Assembly (NCBI GenBank): GCA_964016885.1
Contig: OZ024741.1
Location: forward strand, 6,448,001-6,512,000
DNA from: Eledone cirrhosa
Lineage: Eukaryota
Length of the DNA stretch: 64,000 nucleotides
Direction: 5' to 3'
In this document: positions 15,001 through 26,699 of the stretch, piece by piece
How the letters are laid out: each line of letters opens with the position of its first letter
Numbering within the stretch: position 1 is the first letter of the stretch
The notes under the pieces: model-generated
The model's input: only the letters and a program-made list of their open reading frames with translations
Told to the model about the DNA's origin: nothing
The model's database searches: none
Made by a program: the position numbers and the translations under genes

Positions 15001-18000
15001 GACAGTTATAAAGTTATTCTGTACCTGACAGATGTAAAGGTATTTTGTACCTGACAGGTATAAAGGTATTCTGTACCTGACAGATGTAAAGGTATTCTGT
15101 ACCTGACAGGTATAAAGGTATTCTGTACCTGACAGGTATAAAGGTATTCTGTTCCTGACAGGTATAAAGGTATTCTGTTCCTGACAGATGTAAAGGTATT
15201 CTGTACCTGACAAGTATAATAGTATTCTGTACCTGACAGGTATAAAGGTATTCTGTACCTGACAGATGTAAAGGTATTCTGTATCTGACAGGTATAAAGG
15301 TATTCTGTACCTGACAGATGTAAAGGTATTCTGTACCTGACAGATGTAAAGGTATTCTGTAACAGACAGATATAAAGGTATTCTGTACCTAACAGATGTA
15401 AAGGTATTCTGTTCCTGACAGATGTAAAGGTATTCTGTACCTGACAGGTGTAAAGGTATTCTGTACCTGACAGATATAAAGGTATTCTGTACCTGACAGG
15501 TATAAAGGTATTCTGTACCTGACAGATAAAAAGGTATTCTGTCCCTGACAGATGTAAAGGTATTCTGTACCTGACAGGTGTAAAGATATTCTGTACCTGA
15601 CAGGTATAAAGGTATTCTGTAACTGACAGATAAAAAGGTATTTTGTACCTGAGAGGTATAAAGGTATTCTGTACCTGACAGTTATAAAGGTATTCTGTAC
15701 CTGACAGGTATAAAGGTATTCTGTACCTGACAGGTATAAAGGTATTCTGTACCTGAGAGATATAAAGGTATTCTTACCTGACAGGTATAAAGGTATTCTG
15801 TACCTGACAGGTATAAAGGTATGCTGTACCTGACAGATGTAAAGGTACTCTGTACCTGACAGGTATAAAGGTATGCTGTACCTGACAGGTATAAAGGTAT
15901 TCTGTACCTGACAGATAAAAAGGTATTCTGTCCCTGACAGATGTAAAGGTATTCTGTACCTGACAGGTGTAAAGATATTCTGTACCTGACAGGTATAAAG
16001 GTATTCTGTACCTGACAGATAAAAAGGTATTTTGTACCTGACAGGTATAAAGGTATTCTGTACCTGACAGGTATAAAGGTATTCTGTTCCTGACAGATGT
16101 AAAGGTATTCTGTACCTGACAGGTATAAAGGTATTCTGTACCTGACAGGTATAAAGGTATTCTGTACCTGACAGATAAAAAGGTATTCTGTACCTGACAG
16201 GTATAAAGGTATTCTGTACCTGACAGGTATAAATGTATTCTGTACCTGACAGGTATAAAGGTATTCTGTACCTGACAGGTATAAAGGTATTCTCTACCTG
16301 AGAGATATAAAGGTATTCTGTACCTGACAGGTATAAAGGTATTCTGTACCTGACAGATAAAAAGGTATTCTGTCCCTGACAGATGTAAAGGTATTCTGTA
16401 CCTGACAGGTGTAAAGGTATTCTGTACCTGACAGGTATAAAGGTATTCTGTACCTGACAGGTATAAAGGTATTCTGTACCTGTCAGATGTAAAGGTATTC
16501 TGTACCTGACAAGTATAATAGTATTCTGTACCTGACAGGTAGAAAGGTATTCTGTACCTGACAGATGTAAAGTTATTCTGTATCTGACAGGTATAAAGGT
16601 ATTCTGTACCTGACAGGTATAAAGGTATTCTGTACCTGACAGATGTAAAGGTATTCTGTACCTGACAGATGTAAAGGTATTCTGTAACAGACAGATATAA
16701 AGGTATTCTGTACCTAACAGATGTAAAGGTATTCTGTTCCTGACAGGTATAATGGTATTCTGTACCTGACAGGTATAAAGGTATTCTGTACCTGACAGGT
16801 ATAAAGGTGTTCCCTACCTGACAGATGTAAAGGTATTCTGTACCTGACAGATGTAAAGGTATTCTGTACCTGACAGGTATAAAGGTATTCTGTACCTGAC
16901 AGGTATAAAGGTATTCTGTACCTGACAGATATAAAGGTATTCTGTACCTGACAGGTATAAAGGTATTCTGTACCTGACAGAATTAAGGGTATTCTGTACC
17001 TGACAGATAAAAAGCTATTCTGTCCCTGACAGATGTAAAGGTATTCTGTACCTGACAGGTGTAAAGATATTCTGTACCTGACAGGTATAGAGGTATTCTG
17101 TACCTGACAGATAAAAAGGTATTTTGTACCTGACAGGTATAAAGGTATTCTGTACCTGACAGTTATAAAGGTATTCTGTACCTGACAGGTATAAAGGTAT
17201 TCTGTACCTGACAGGTATAAAGGTATTCTGTACCTGAGAGATATAAAGGTATTCTGTACCTGACAGGTATAAAGGTATTCTGTACCTGACAGGTATAAAG
17301 GTATGCTGTACCTGACAGATGTAAAGGTATTCTGTACCTGACAGGTATAAAGGTATGCTGTACCTGACAGATGTAAAGGTATTCTGTACCTGACAGATGT
17401 AAAGGTATTCTGTACCTGACAGATGTAAAGGTATGCTGTACCTGACAGATGTAAAGCTATTCTGTACCTGACAGGTATAAAGGTATTCTGTACCTAACAG
17501 ATGTAAAGGTACTCTGTACCTGACAGGTATAAATGTATTCTGTACCTGACAGGTATAAAGGTATTCTGTTCCTGACAGGTATAAAGGTATTCTGTACCTG
17601 ACAGGTATAAAGGTATTCTGTTCCTGACAGGTATAAAGGTATTCTGTACCTGACAGGTATAAAGGTATTCTGTACCTGACAGATGTAAAGGTATTCTGCA
17701 CCTGACAGGTATAAAGGTATTCTGTACCTGACAGATGTAAAGGTATTCTGTACCTGACAGGTATAAATGTATTCTGTACCTGACAGTTATAAAGGTATTC
17801 TGTACCTGACAGATGTAAAGGTATTCTGTACCTGACAGATGTAAAGGTATTCTGTAACTGACAGATGTAAAGGTATGCTGTACCTGACAGATGTAAAGGT
17901 ATTCTGTACCTGACAGATGTAAAGGTATTCTGTACCTGACAGATGTAAAGGTATTCTGTACCTGACAGGTATAAAGGTATTCTGTACCTGACAGGTATAA

Positions 18001-18793
18001 AGGTATTCTGTTCCTGACAGATGTAAAGGTATTCTGTACATGACAGGTGTAAAGGTATTCTGTACCTGACAGATATAAAGGTATTCTGTACCTGACAGGT
18101 TTAAAGGTATTCTGTACCTGACAGATAAAAAGGTATTCTGTCCCTGACAGATGTATAGGTATTCTGTACCTGACAGGTGTAAAGATATTCTGTACCTGAC
18201 AGGTATAAAGGTATTCTGTACCTGACAGATAAAAACGTATTCTGTACCTGACAGGTATAAAGGTATTCTGTACCTGACAGGTATAAAGGTATTCTGTACC
18301 TGACAGGTATAAAGGTATTCTGTACCTGACAGGTATAAAGGTATGCTGTACCTGACAGATGTAAAGGTATTCTGTACCTGACAGATGTAAAGGTATTCTG
18401 TACCTGACAGATGTAAAGGTATGCTGTACCTGACAGATGTAAAGGTATTCTGTACCTGACAGATGTAAAGGTACTCTGTACCTGACAGATGTAAAGGTAT
18501 TCTGTACCTGACAGGTGTAAAGGTATTCTGTACCTGACCGGTATAAAGGTATTCTGTACCTGACAGATGTAAAGGTATTCTGTACCTGACAGGTATAAAG
18601 GTATTCTGTACCTGAGAGATATAAAGGTATTCTGTACCTGAGAGATATAAAAGTATTCTGTACCTGAGAGATATAAAGGTATTCTGTACCTGAGAGATAT
18701 AAAGGTATTCTGTACCTGAGAGATATAAAAGTATTCTGTACCTGACAGATATAAAGGTATTCTGTACCTGAGAGATATAAAGGTATTCTGTAC
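1..18793. repeat. 26-bp tandem satellite, consensus ACCTGACAGGTATAAAGGTATTCTGT (variants ...ACAGATGTAAAGG..., ...GAGAGATATAAAGG...); continues off the left edge
   Basis: Unit repeats continuously to ~18793. The minus-strand ORFs show a 26-aa period (78 nt = 3 units). Confidence 0.98.
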
Positions 18794-19071
18794 AGTGTGG
18801 GACATATAAAGACAATTCCTCTGATTAGTTTCTGTTGGTTTTACCAAAATATTTAGTAATCGATAAATGTTTTCTTAGATCGTTTGATCAGTATAGTTTT
18901 TTTAACTATGAAACAGTGCTGTGAGGAAAAATAGCCTTTTCCACCTAAAGTATGTATATTTACCTGAATATTATTTGTATTGTATATATGTACAAAATAC
19001 TGTATTTCTAAAACGATATATGGTTCTTTCTCTTTCTCTCTCTATATATTTTAATTTTAATTCATCATCAA

Positions 19072-21668
19072 CATCATCATCGTTTAACATCTATCTTCCA
19101 TGCTAGTATGGGTTTAGATGGGAATTGTCCCACTTGAGGCAAGATTGGTTGTCTTGCTCGTACAGGACTGTCTGGCAGGTTTTCTACGACTGGACGTCCT
19201 TCCTAACACCAACCACGTTTACAGTGTGGACTGGGAGGTTTTTACCGTGTTACCTACACGGCCACATTACAGCGTGGACTGTGTTTTTTTGTCGTGACAC
19301 CTACACGACCTCATTTATTTAGGACTGGATGTTGTGGTACCAACATAACTTTACAGAGATAGGGGTAGGGGTAGTGGGACGGGGGTGTATTTTTGGTTAA
19401 GAGGTGCCTACTGACTGTAGGTTCGCATTGTACTTAGGCAAGGCGGGTCTTCTGTATTACTGTGTAGCGCCAAAGATCTCGGTCCAGTGACATTGTGTTG
19501 GAGAGGTGTAAGTGTGTAAGGTCGGAATTTATCAAATCTTCCCAGGTTTTTCTCGGTCTGCATACTCCGTAGCTTCCATCAATTTTGATCGCCCTGCACT
19601 TTTTTATACAGCTGTTGTCTTTCATGCGCATCACGTGACCGTACCAACGTAGTCTTCTCTCGAGTAAACAGCATCTGATCCCTCTTATTCTTAATTTCTC
19701 ACTTAGTTCATTTATGCTTTGCCGTTCACGTATATTACTATTACACATCCAGCGGAGCATGCAAGCTTTGTTCCTCTCCAGTCTGTGCAGATCCTCTGCA
19801 CACAAGGCCCATGTCTCACTGCCATGTAACATTGCTGTTCGTATGCAGGCATCATACAGTCTGCTTTCATTTTTAGAGAGAAACCTTTAGTGGCCAACAG
19901 CGGTAGAAGCTCTCTGAACTTTTTAATCCCGTTCTGACTCTGGCTACTGTACTTTCAGAGCACCCTCCCCCACTGCTGATTTTGTCATCCAGGTAACGGA
20001 ACGTGTCCACTATTTCTATAGAACCATCTGGACAATGGAAGGAACTAGTATCCTGTGGGTACTTGCTACTTATTGCACCTGAGCACCGGCCACATATAAA
20101 ATCTATGTTCTTAGTTAGCTTACCTGTGATCCCACTACATCTTTTATGCACCCATACTTTGCATTTGGGACATAAAATGGAGTTTCTGCCTACTCCTTTC
20201 CTACACACTGAGCATGGCCATTTCCCAGAGAGGACCAGTGCCCTATTTTCCTTCCTACATACTAGAACTTTAGTCTTAGACAAGTTAATCTTAAGGTCTT
20301 TTGATTCTAGGCCATGCTTCCATGTTTGGAATTTCTTCTCTAGTTCAGCCATTGATTCAGCTATGAGCGTTAGATCATCTGCATATAGAAGTTCCCATGA
20401 GCAGCCGGTCTTGAACTCCTGTTATTGCCTGAAGGGCAATAATAAATAGGAGGGGGTTAAGGACAGAGCCCTGATGAACACCAACTTTTACGCTAAATTC
20501 TTCACTATATTCGTTGTTAATTCTAACCTTGCTGACTTTCTTTATACATGGCTTGTATAGCTCTCACAAGCCATTCATCAACACCTAGTTTTCTAAGAGC
20601 CCACCAGATAATGGAGCGGGGGACTCTGTGAAAGGCTTTCTCCAAGTCAACAAAAGCTAAGTATAGGGGTTCACTTTTAGCTAGGTACTACTCCTGTAGT
20701 TGTCGTACAAGGAAAAGTGCATCTGTGGTACTTTTACCTGACACAAACCCAAACTGCATTTCGTCTAGATCAATTTGCTCTCTGATTAGTTGTGCTATAA
20801 CTCTTTCGGTGACCTTCATGACCTGGTCAATTAATTTAATTCCTCTATAGTTTCCCCTATCTAGGGCATCACCTTTACCCTTGTAGCAGTTAATGATGAT
20901 GATGCTATGCCAGTCATTTGGTATGACCCATTCTGTATGACTTGGTTTACTATCCGGGTGACCATAGTGTGTCCCACCGATCCAGGTGCTTTCAGCATTT
21001 CAGCAACTATCTCCGAAGGCCCAGCTGCTATGCCTGTCTTCATATCTTTGATTGCCTTACTTATTATACTACCTTCAACTTGCACTGCTGGTCCCTCTAT
21101 TGGATCGATTTGGGGCAGACTATCTTTTTCCCAATTATTCTTTAGTAGCCTCTCGTAGTGACGCTTCCAAGCTACCTTCTTATCAGTATCAGTGATGGCA
21201 AGTATGCCACCATCATTATGGACACACTTCTCCCCGACAATATCACGGTTTTCCTTGACACATTGTCTAACAATTCTGAACACCTCACGTTTTTGGTCCT
21301 CACGTTGTAGAACATGCTTGAACTTTCTTTCCTCTGCTTCCCTTCTTGCGAAGTACACTTGTCTCCTAGCTTCCCTCCTGGCCACTTGATAGTGTTCTCT
21401 ACTTCCCCCATCCCGCCATACTTTCCAAGCTTGCTTTTTGGCCTTGATCGACTCCTCCACCTTACTGTTCCACCACCATGTTACGCTCCTCCTGCCTATA
21501 GGTCTGCCCCAGCCACAGATTTCATCTGGTGCCTTCAGCAGGTTAACTTTCAGGAATTCCCACTGTTCCTCTATATTGTACGTCTCTAATTGCTCTTCCT
21601 TACTATCAAAAGCATCAAGTAATATGCTTTTAAATTTTTTACTGGCTGTGGCGTCCTTTAACTTCCAT
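19072..21668 (-). mobile_element. RTE-clade non-LTR retrotransposon, 5'-truncated and degenerate (RT and C-terminal region, 3' UTR, (ATG)n tail)
   Basis: ORF pieces 20861-21460, 19873-20352, 19434-19832. LYADDL is encoded at ~20371-20388 (minus). KWPCSVC..C..C..HKRC zinc insert, MLHGSETW and RRLRWYGHVMRM motifs. (CAT)n at ~19072 on plus. Confidence 0.92.
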
Positions 21669-21691
21669 ATATATATATATATATATATATA

Positions 21692-23014
21692 TCATCATCA
21701 CCATCATCATCATCACCGTTTTACGTCCGTTCTTCCACGCTAGCATGGGTTAGACGGGTTGTCCTGTTGTGGGCAGTGTCTGGTCGGCTGACCATGCCTT
21801 GCTCATACAAGAACTGATTTGGCTTGATTTCTACAGCTGGATGCCCTTCCTAACACCAACCTCATTTACAGTGAGTGCTGGGTGCTTTTTCGTGGCGCCT
21901 ACACATCCACTTTACAGTGTGGGCTGGGTGCTTTTTTGCCGTGGCACCTCCACGACCACCTTGCGGTGGGAGGGTGTGGGGGCATATTGTCTATATGCTT
22001 CAGCATGTACCCATGGGAGGTCGGGTACTCTGTATTACTGCGTGACGCCAGAGGTCACGGTCGTGTGTCATTGCTTTTGAGAGGTGTAATTGTGTAAGGT
22101 CGGCTTTTATCACCTCATCCCAGGTCATCTTGGGTCTCCCCACTCTGCGGTTTCCATCAACTTCTAGTGCTCTGCACCTTTTTATGCAGCTGTCATCCTT
22201 CATACGCATCACATGTCCATACCAGCGCAACCGCCTCTCCTGCACACAGCATTTGATTCCTCTTATGCTCAGTCTATCTCTCAATTCATTTATGCTTTGT
22301 CGTTCACGCATATTACTGTTACACATCCATCGGAGCATGCAGGCTTCGTTTCTCTCTAATCTACGTAAGTCTTCCACCTTCAGCGCCCAGGTCTCACTAC
22401 CATGCAACATTGCTGTTCGGATACATGCATCATACAGTCTGCCTTTCATTCTGAGGGAGAAGCCTTTTGCAGCTAGCAGTGCTAGTAGTTCCCTAAACTT
22501 CTTCCATCCCGTTCTTACCCTAGTTATTGTACTTTCTGAACACCCACTTCCGCTGCTAATTCGGTCACCTAGGTAGCAGAAGCTGTCTACTGTTTCTACA
22601 GAGCCCTCCCAGAGATTGGTGGTACTTGTTTCCTGTGGCTGTTTGCTGCTTGCTGTTTCAGCACAGCTGCTGCATGTGAAGCCTACATTCTTAATTAAGC
22701 TTCCTGAGATCCCGCTACGTCTCTTGTGTACCCATTGTTTGCATTTGGGGCAGAGAATGGAGTTCTTACCTACACCTTTCCTACATACTGAGCAAGGCCA
22801 TTTCCCTGAGGGGATCTGGGTTCTGTTTTCTCGTCTACTTACAAGGACCTTAGTCTTTGTCATGTTGACTTTGAGACCCTTTCTTTCTAGTCCCTGCTTC
22901 CAAGTTTGGAATTTATTCTCTAGTTCTACCATAGATTCAGCTATGAGTGCGAGGTCATCAGCATACAGGAGTTCCCATGGGCATCCGGTCTTAAACTCCT
23001 CCGTTATTGCCTGC
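21692..23014 (-). mobile_element. RTE-clade LINE 3' fragment with (ATG)n tail
   Basis: ORF 22000-22932 has MLHGSETW and RRLRWYGHVMRM. LYADDL lies just upstream (~22950-22968). (CAT)n at 21692-21715 abuts (TA)n. Confidence 0.93.
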
Positions 23015-24376
23015 AGGAAAATGTTTAACCCCGACGGCAGAGCTCAAGCCGTGTCGACGGCGATTTCTGGACTAAATTAGAATTTTTAGCATGGTAATAA
23101 ATAGCCGATCTACTAATGCAATGTGAGGACGGAAACCTCCAACAAATCCTACATAGGATTAACCACTTGCGACTTCAAGACCCGGCTCTACCAACACCAA
23201 CATATATTCCGAAACCCACCCGGTGACATGCCACTACACTTTCAGGCCACATCTGGGACCTCCAAGATAACAACATAACATACAATCTTACTTGGAGCTT
23301 ACTATCCAGGGCTAACTCCTACACGGGAGGACGCCGTCCGTGTAACTTATGCTCGGAGGAAACATTACAAATGGTATTTACAAAGGACCTTGTAACTGCA
23401 TGTAAACTTGTAACTGCATGTAAACACCGATTGCGTAGGACTTACCTCGCCCTCAAACCCCCTCATGACCTGGGTGGGTAGACAATGGCTGCAATATCCT
23501 TCTTTTTCCCACTTGCCGAACAAGTTAGGGGAAACCCCAGCAGATATAGGTAGATGTACTTCTTTTCTTTTTCTTTTCTTCTTCCCTTTATCTCATCTTA
23601 TCACTTCTTTCCATTCCCTCTCCCCTTACTTTTCCTTTTTCCTCTTTCGCCTACCCCAAGACAGCCCATCAGGCCTTTGTAGCCTCAGTACCCCCACCCC
23701 AGTAAATTATATATAGCATTGGCCGAAAACGCAATACCAGCTAAAAATATAGCAGATGCTTTAGACTCTAGAGATTCTTTTTATTACTTTCACTATTTAA
23801 TTTTATTATTTTTATATATTTTATTTATTTATTATCTTTTAATCTCAATTTATTAACCTTTTATTCTATAACGTCCCACTCGCAGTATCCGTTTTTTGCC
23901 TGCTTCCTAACTAGCCTAATTTCATACACACTCCTTAGAATTTGCTGTATAGAATTCACTTTCAAAGCTTGACTGGCTCCACCCACTCCCTCATTGTTCT
24001 ACAGGCAAGTTCAGCCCCCCACCCACTGCCATGAAAGATTTAATTGTGTTTACAAGAAATTTTGACCAATCCTCTTGACAACTACAATCTTCCCATATAA
24101 GGAATTACCCCTTGAAAAGTTCAGCTATTTATTACCATGCTAAAAATTCTAATTTAGTCCAGAAATCGCCGTCGAAATGGCTTGAGCTCTGCCGTCAGGG
24201 TTAAACATTTTCCTATTACCCACTCTACTACCCTAAGTATTGAGTACTCTGATGCATTATGGTCCATCTGGTTCTTTACGACACTTCCTTCGTTTTATAC
24301 CCCCCACTCTCAAGAGCGTGAAACTAATAAACCTTTGTTTATACTACCTCTCTGTTTTTGTTCCCGTTCCAGTTTT

Positions 24377-24380
<4 letters not shown>
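23015..24380 (+). mobile_element. Penelope-like element (PLE), 5'-truncated: inverted pLTR piece, GIY-YIG endonuclease remnant, 3' pLTR
   Basis: Manual translation of ~23108-23480 gives IY*CNVRTETSNKSYIGLTTCDFKTRLYQH...TTLSGHIWDLQDNNITYNLTWSLLSRANSYTGGRRPCNLCSEE...VTACKHR. A ~95-bp inverted repeat lies at 23015-23108 / 24121-24214. Confidence 0.88.
23108..23480 (+). pseudogene. GIY-YIG endonuclease domain remnant of the PLE (stop and frameshift)
   Basis: IY...YIG, FKxRxxxH, LSxHIW, CxLC and CxH motifs, translated by hand. Not in the ORF track because it is disrupted. Confidence 0.85.
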
Positions 24381-24412
<32 letters not shown>

Positions 24413-24514
24413 GTACTAGCTACGGCAGTACATATTCTAAAATTGGAACGATACAGAGAAGATTACCATGGCACAAGGATGACACGCAAATTCGTGAAGC
24501 ATTCCATATTTTTT
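24413..24514 (+). pseudogene. U6: U6 snRNA retrocopy, near full length, with a short deletion in the internal stem-loop
   Basis: GTACTAGCTACGGCAGTACATATTCTAAAATTGGAACGATACAGAGAAGATTACCATGG-CACAAGGATGACACGCAAATTCGTGAAGCATTCCATATTTTTT matches U6, including the ACAGAGA box. AGC triad is changed to ACC and the CCCCTG segment is missing. (TA)n lies directly upstream, so there is no proximal promoter context. Confidence 0.93.
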
Positions 24515-24579
24515 CAAGGGCGGTGCCCTAGCATGGCCTTAGCTGAATTTCTGGAACAGGAAAAAAGAGTAAAAGAGTA
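24515..24579 (+). mobile_element. LINE/SINE-type 3' tail fused to U6, ending in (AAAAGAGT)2
   Basis: CAAGGGCGGTGCCCTAGCATGGCC...AAAAGAGTAAAAGAGTA directly follows the U6 oligo-T. It resembles a recalled octopus SINE/LINE 3' end. Confidence 0.6.
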
Positions 24580-25611
24580 TCATCATCATCATCATCATAA
24601 TTTTACTTCCGCTTTTCCCTGCTTGCAAGGGTAGGACGGGTCCTATTCAGCACAGCATCTCTCCACTTGTCACAGTCCCTAGTTATCTCCTCTGTGAGCT
24701 TCAGCGATCTGAGGTCTGTTCTCACCACCTCCACCCATGTTTTTCGTGGTCTTCCTCTACTACGTCTTCCTTCAACTGGCATTTCTTGGCATTTCTTGAC
24801 CCATCGGTCATCTTCCATGCGCATCACATGTCCATACCATCTCAGTCTCCTCTCCCGCACACTACAATTTATCCCTCTCAGACGCAGTTTCTCTCTCAAC
24901 ACATCCATGCTCGGTCGTTCACACACATTGATATTGCACATCCAACGGAGCTTGATTGCCTCATTTCTCTCCAGCTGTCGCATATCCTCTGCAGTTGCTG
25001 CCCATGTCTCACTACCATGCAGCATCGCGCACCTCACACAGGCATCATATAACCGACCTTTCGTTCGCCGGGAGAAACCCTTCTTCGTCAGCAGAGGAAG
25101 CAGCTCCCTAAACTTCTTCCAACCCGTCCTTATTCTAGATACTATGGCCTCGGAACAGCCCCCCCCCCCCCTCCCATGCTAATCTGATCTCCTAGGTACC
25201 AGAAGCTATCAACCACTTCTATCAACCACCTGCATTTGAAAAATGTGTCTATCAATGCAACTTCTACTGTCAAATTTCCCTGTACATCTACTGCATACGT
25301 ATTTCTCCCTACTTGTTAGTGTGCCTGCTGTCCCGCTACATCTCTTGTGTACCCAGGATCTGCATTGTGTACATTTTATAGAATTTATGCCAGTTCTTTT
25401 TCTGCATATCCAACATGGTCATTTCCCTGAGCTTCATCAGAGTTTCATCAGAGTTTTGTCCTCTCTTCTACTTATTAACAGTTTTGTCTTAGCTATGTTC
25501 ACTCTCAGTCCTCTTAATTCCAACTGCTGTTTCCATAGCCAGAATTTATTTTCTCGCTCCTCTACTGATTCTGCTATAAGAACCAGATCGTCAGCATAGA
25601 GAAATTTCCAT
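24580..25611 (-). mobile_element. RTE-clade LINE 3' fragment (different subfamily), degenerate
   Basis: ORF 24603-25037 has AMLHGSETW and RRLRWYGHVMRM. LYADDL at ~25583-25600. (CAT)n tail at 24580-24598. Confidence 0.9.
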
Positions 25612-25777
25612 TATATATATATATATATATATATAGTAATAATAATAAATTTGAAGACTAAAATCCAAAGAGGGCTCGATAAGGATAAATATGTATCAGA
25701 TATATAAGAACCCTAGAGCAAATATTTATTAAAATAACAAATTAAAGTTTAAGCAAAGAATCGCTGCTTTCATCCCG

Positions 25778-25932
25778 GTGATGATGGTGGTGGTGGTTGT
25801 GGTGGTGGTGATGGTGATGGTGATAATGTTGGTGGTGATATTGATGATGATGATGGTGATGATGATGATGATGGTGATGATGATAATGATGATGATGGTG
25901 ATGATGATGATAGTGATGATGATGGTGATGAT
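25778..25932. repeat. (GAT/GGT)n microsatellite
   Basis: Seen directly. Confidence 0.95.
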
Positions 25933-26162
25933 TTGGTTTCAGCCTAATTTATGCTCCATGGAATGTGTTTTAATCACAGCCGACAAATTAAACAATTAGT
26001 TAAGATTAGTTGCAGAAATAACTTCAGTTCTCAGTTGGTTCGAAAGACATGAAAATGGTGGAATTGTCAGCACATAAATATTTCTTGACACTCCAGACAT
26101 GACCTCCTTCTCTCAACTATTTATAGTAATCACAGTGGATATAATGTTTGGGGATATTTAGT

Positions 26163-26438
26163 CAACAACATCATCATCATCATCATCAACACCATCATCA
26201 ACACCATCATCAACATCATCTCCATCATCATCAACGTCATCATCTCCATCACCATCATCATTATCATCATCATCATCATCACCATCATCATCATCTCCAT
26301 CATCCTCAGCGTCATCATCATCATCATCATCATCATCATCTCCATCATAATCATCATCATCATCTCCATCATCATCAACGTCATCATCATCTCCATCATA
26401 ATCATCATTAACGTCATCATCATCATCATCATCATCAT
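26163..26438. repeat. (CAT)n compound microsatellite; its right end is the expanded tail of an RTE-type 3' UTR
   Basis: Seen directly. It produces the spurious poly-His and poly-Met ORFs. Confidence 0.95.
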
Positions 26439-26699
26439 CGTTATTTTAACATCTTCTTTCCCTGCTAGCAAGGGTTGTACAGGTCTACATACACCAACTC
26501 TGTACTAAAGCGGAGCCACTGATCACCCAGCCCGGCCAGGGATCTATGTCTTGCTTATTAATACACAGGAGAGGTTGTCATGCCTTTGATACGACTGAGG
26601 GACCTCCCAACCCTTTGTCTGGCAAGATTTCTATGGCTGGATGCACTTCCTATTACCAACCACTTTACAGAGTGTACTGGGTGTGTTTATTGTGTTGAT
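26439..26699 (-). mobile_element. RTE-type 3' UTR fragment
   Basis: Shares TTCCCTGCTAGCAAGGG and TTTCTAxxGCTGGATGC..TTCCTA..ACCAACCACTTTACAG blocks with the RTE 3' ends at 19.1, 21.7 and 35.3 kb. Confidence 0.7.

Noticed and set aside
979-18847. Long minus-strand ORFs (up to 760 aa) as genes
   Set aside because: They are translations of the 26-bp satellite. All three frames give the same periodic peptide.
23464-23525. SECIS-like ATGA...AA...GA hairpin, given that some Naiad PLEs encode selenoproteins
   Set aside because: The ATGA lies within the last codons of the ORF and the apical loop is too large. No convincing in-frame Sec TGA was seen; the one TGA looks like a CGA>TGA decay.
24413-24514. 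Functional U6 gene
   Set aside because: ISL deletion, AGC>ACC change, (TA)n upstream instead of a promoter, and a fused retroelement tail.
25778-26471. Poly-Met and poly-His proteins
   Set aside because: They are (GAT)n/(CAT)n microsatellite translations.
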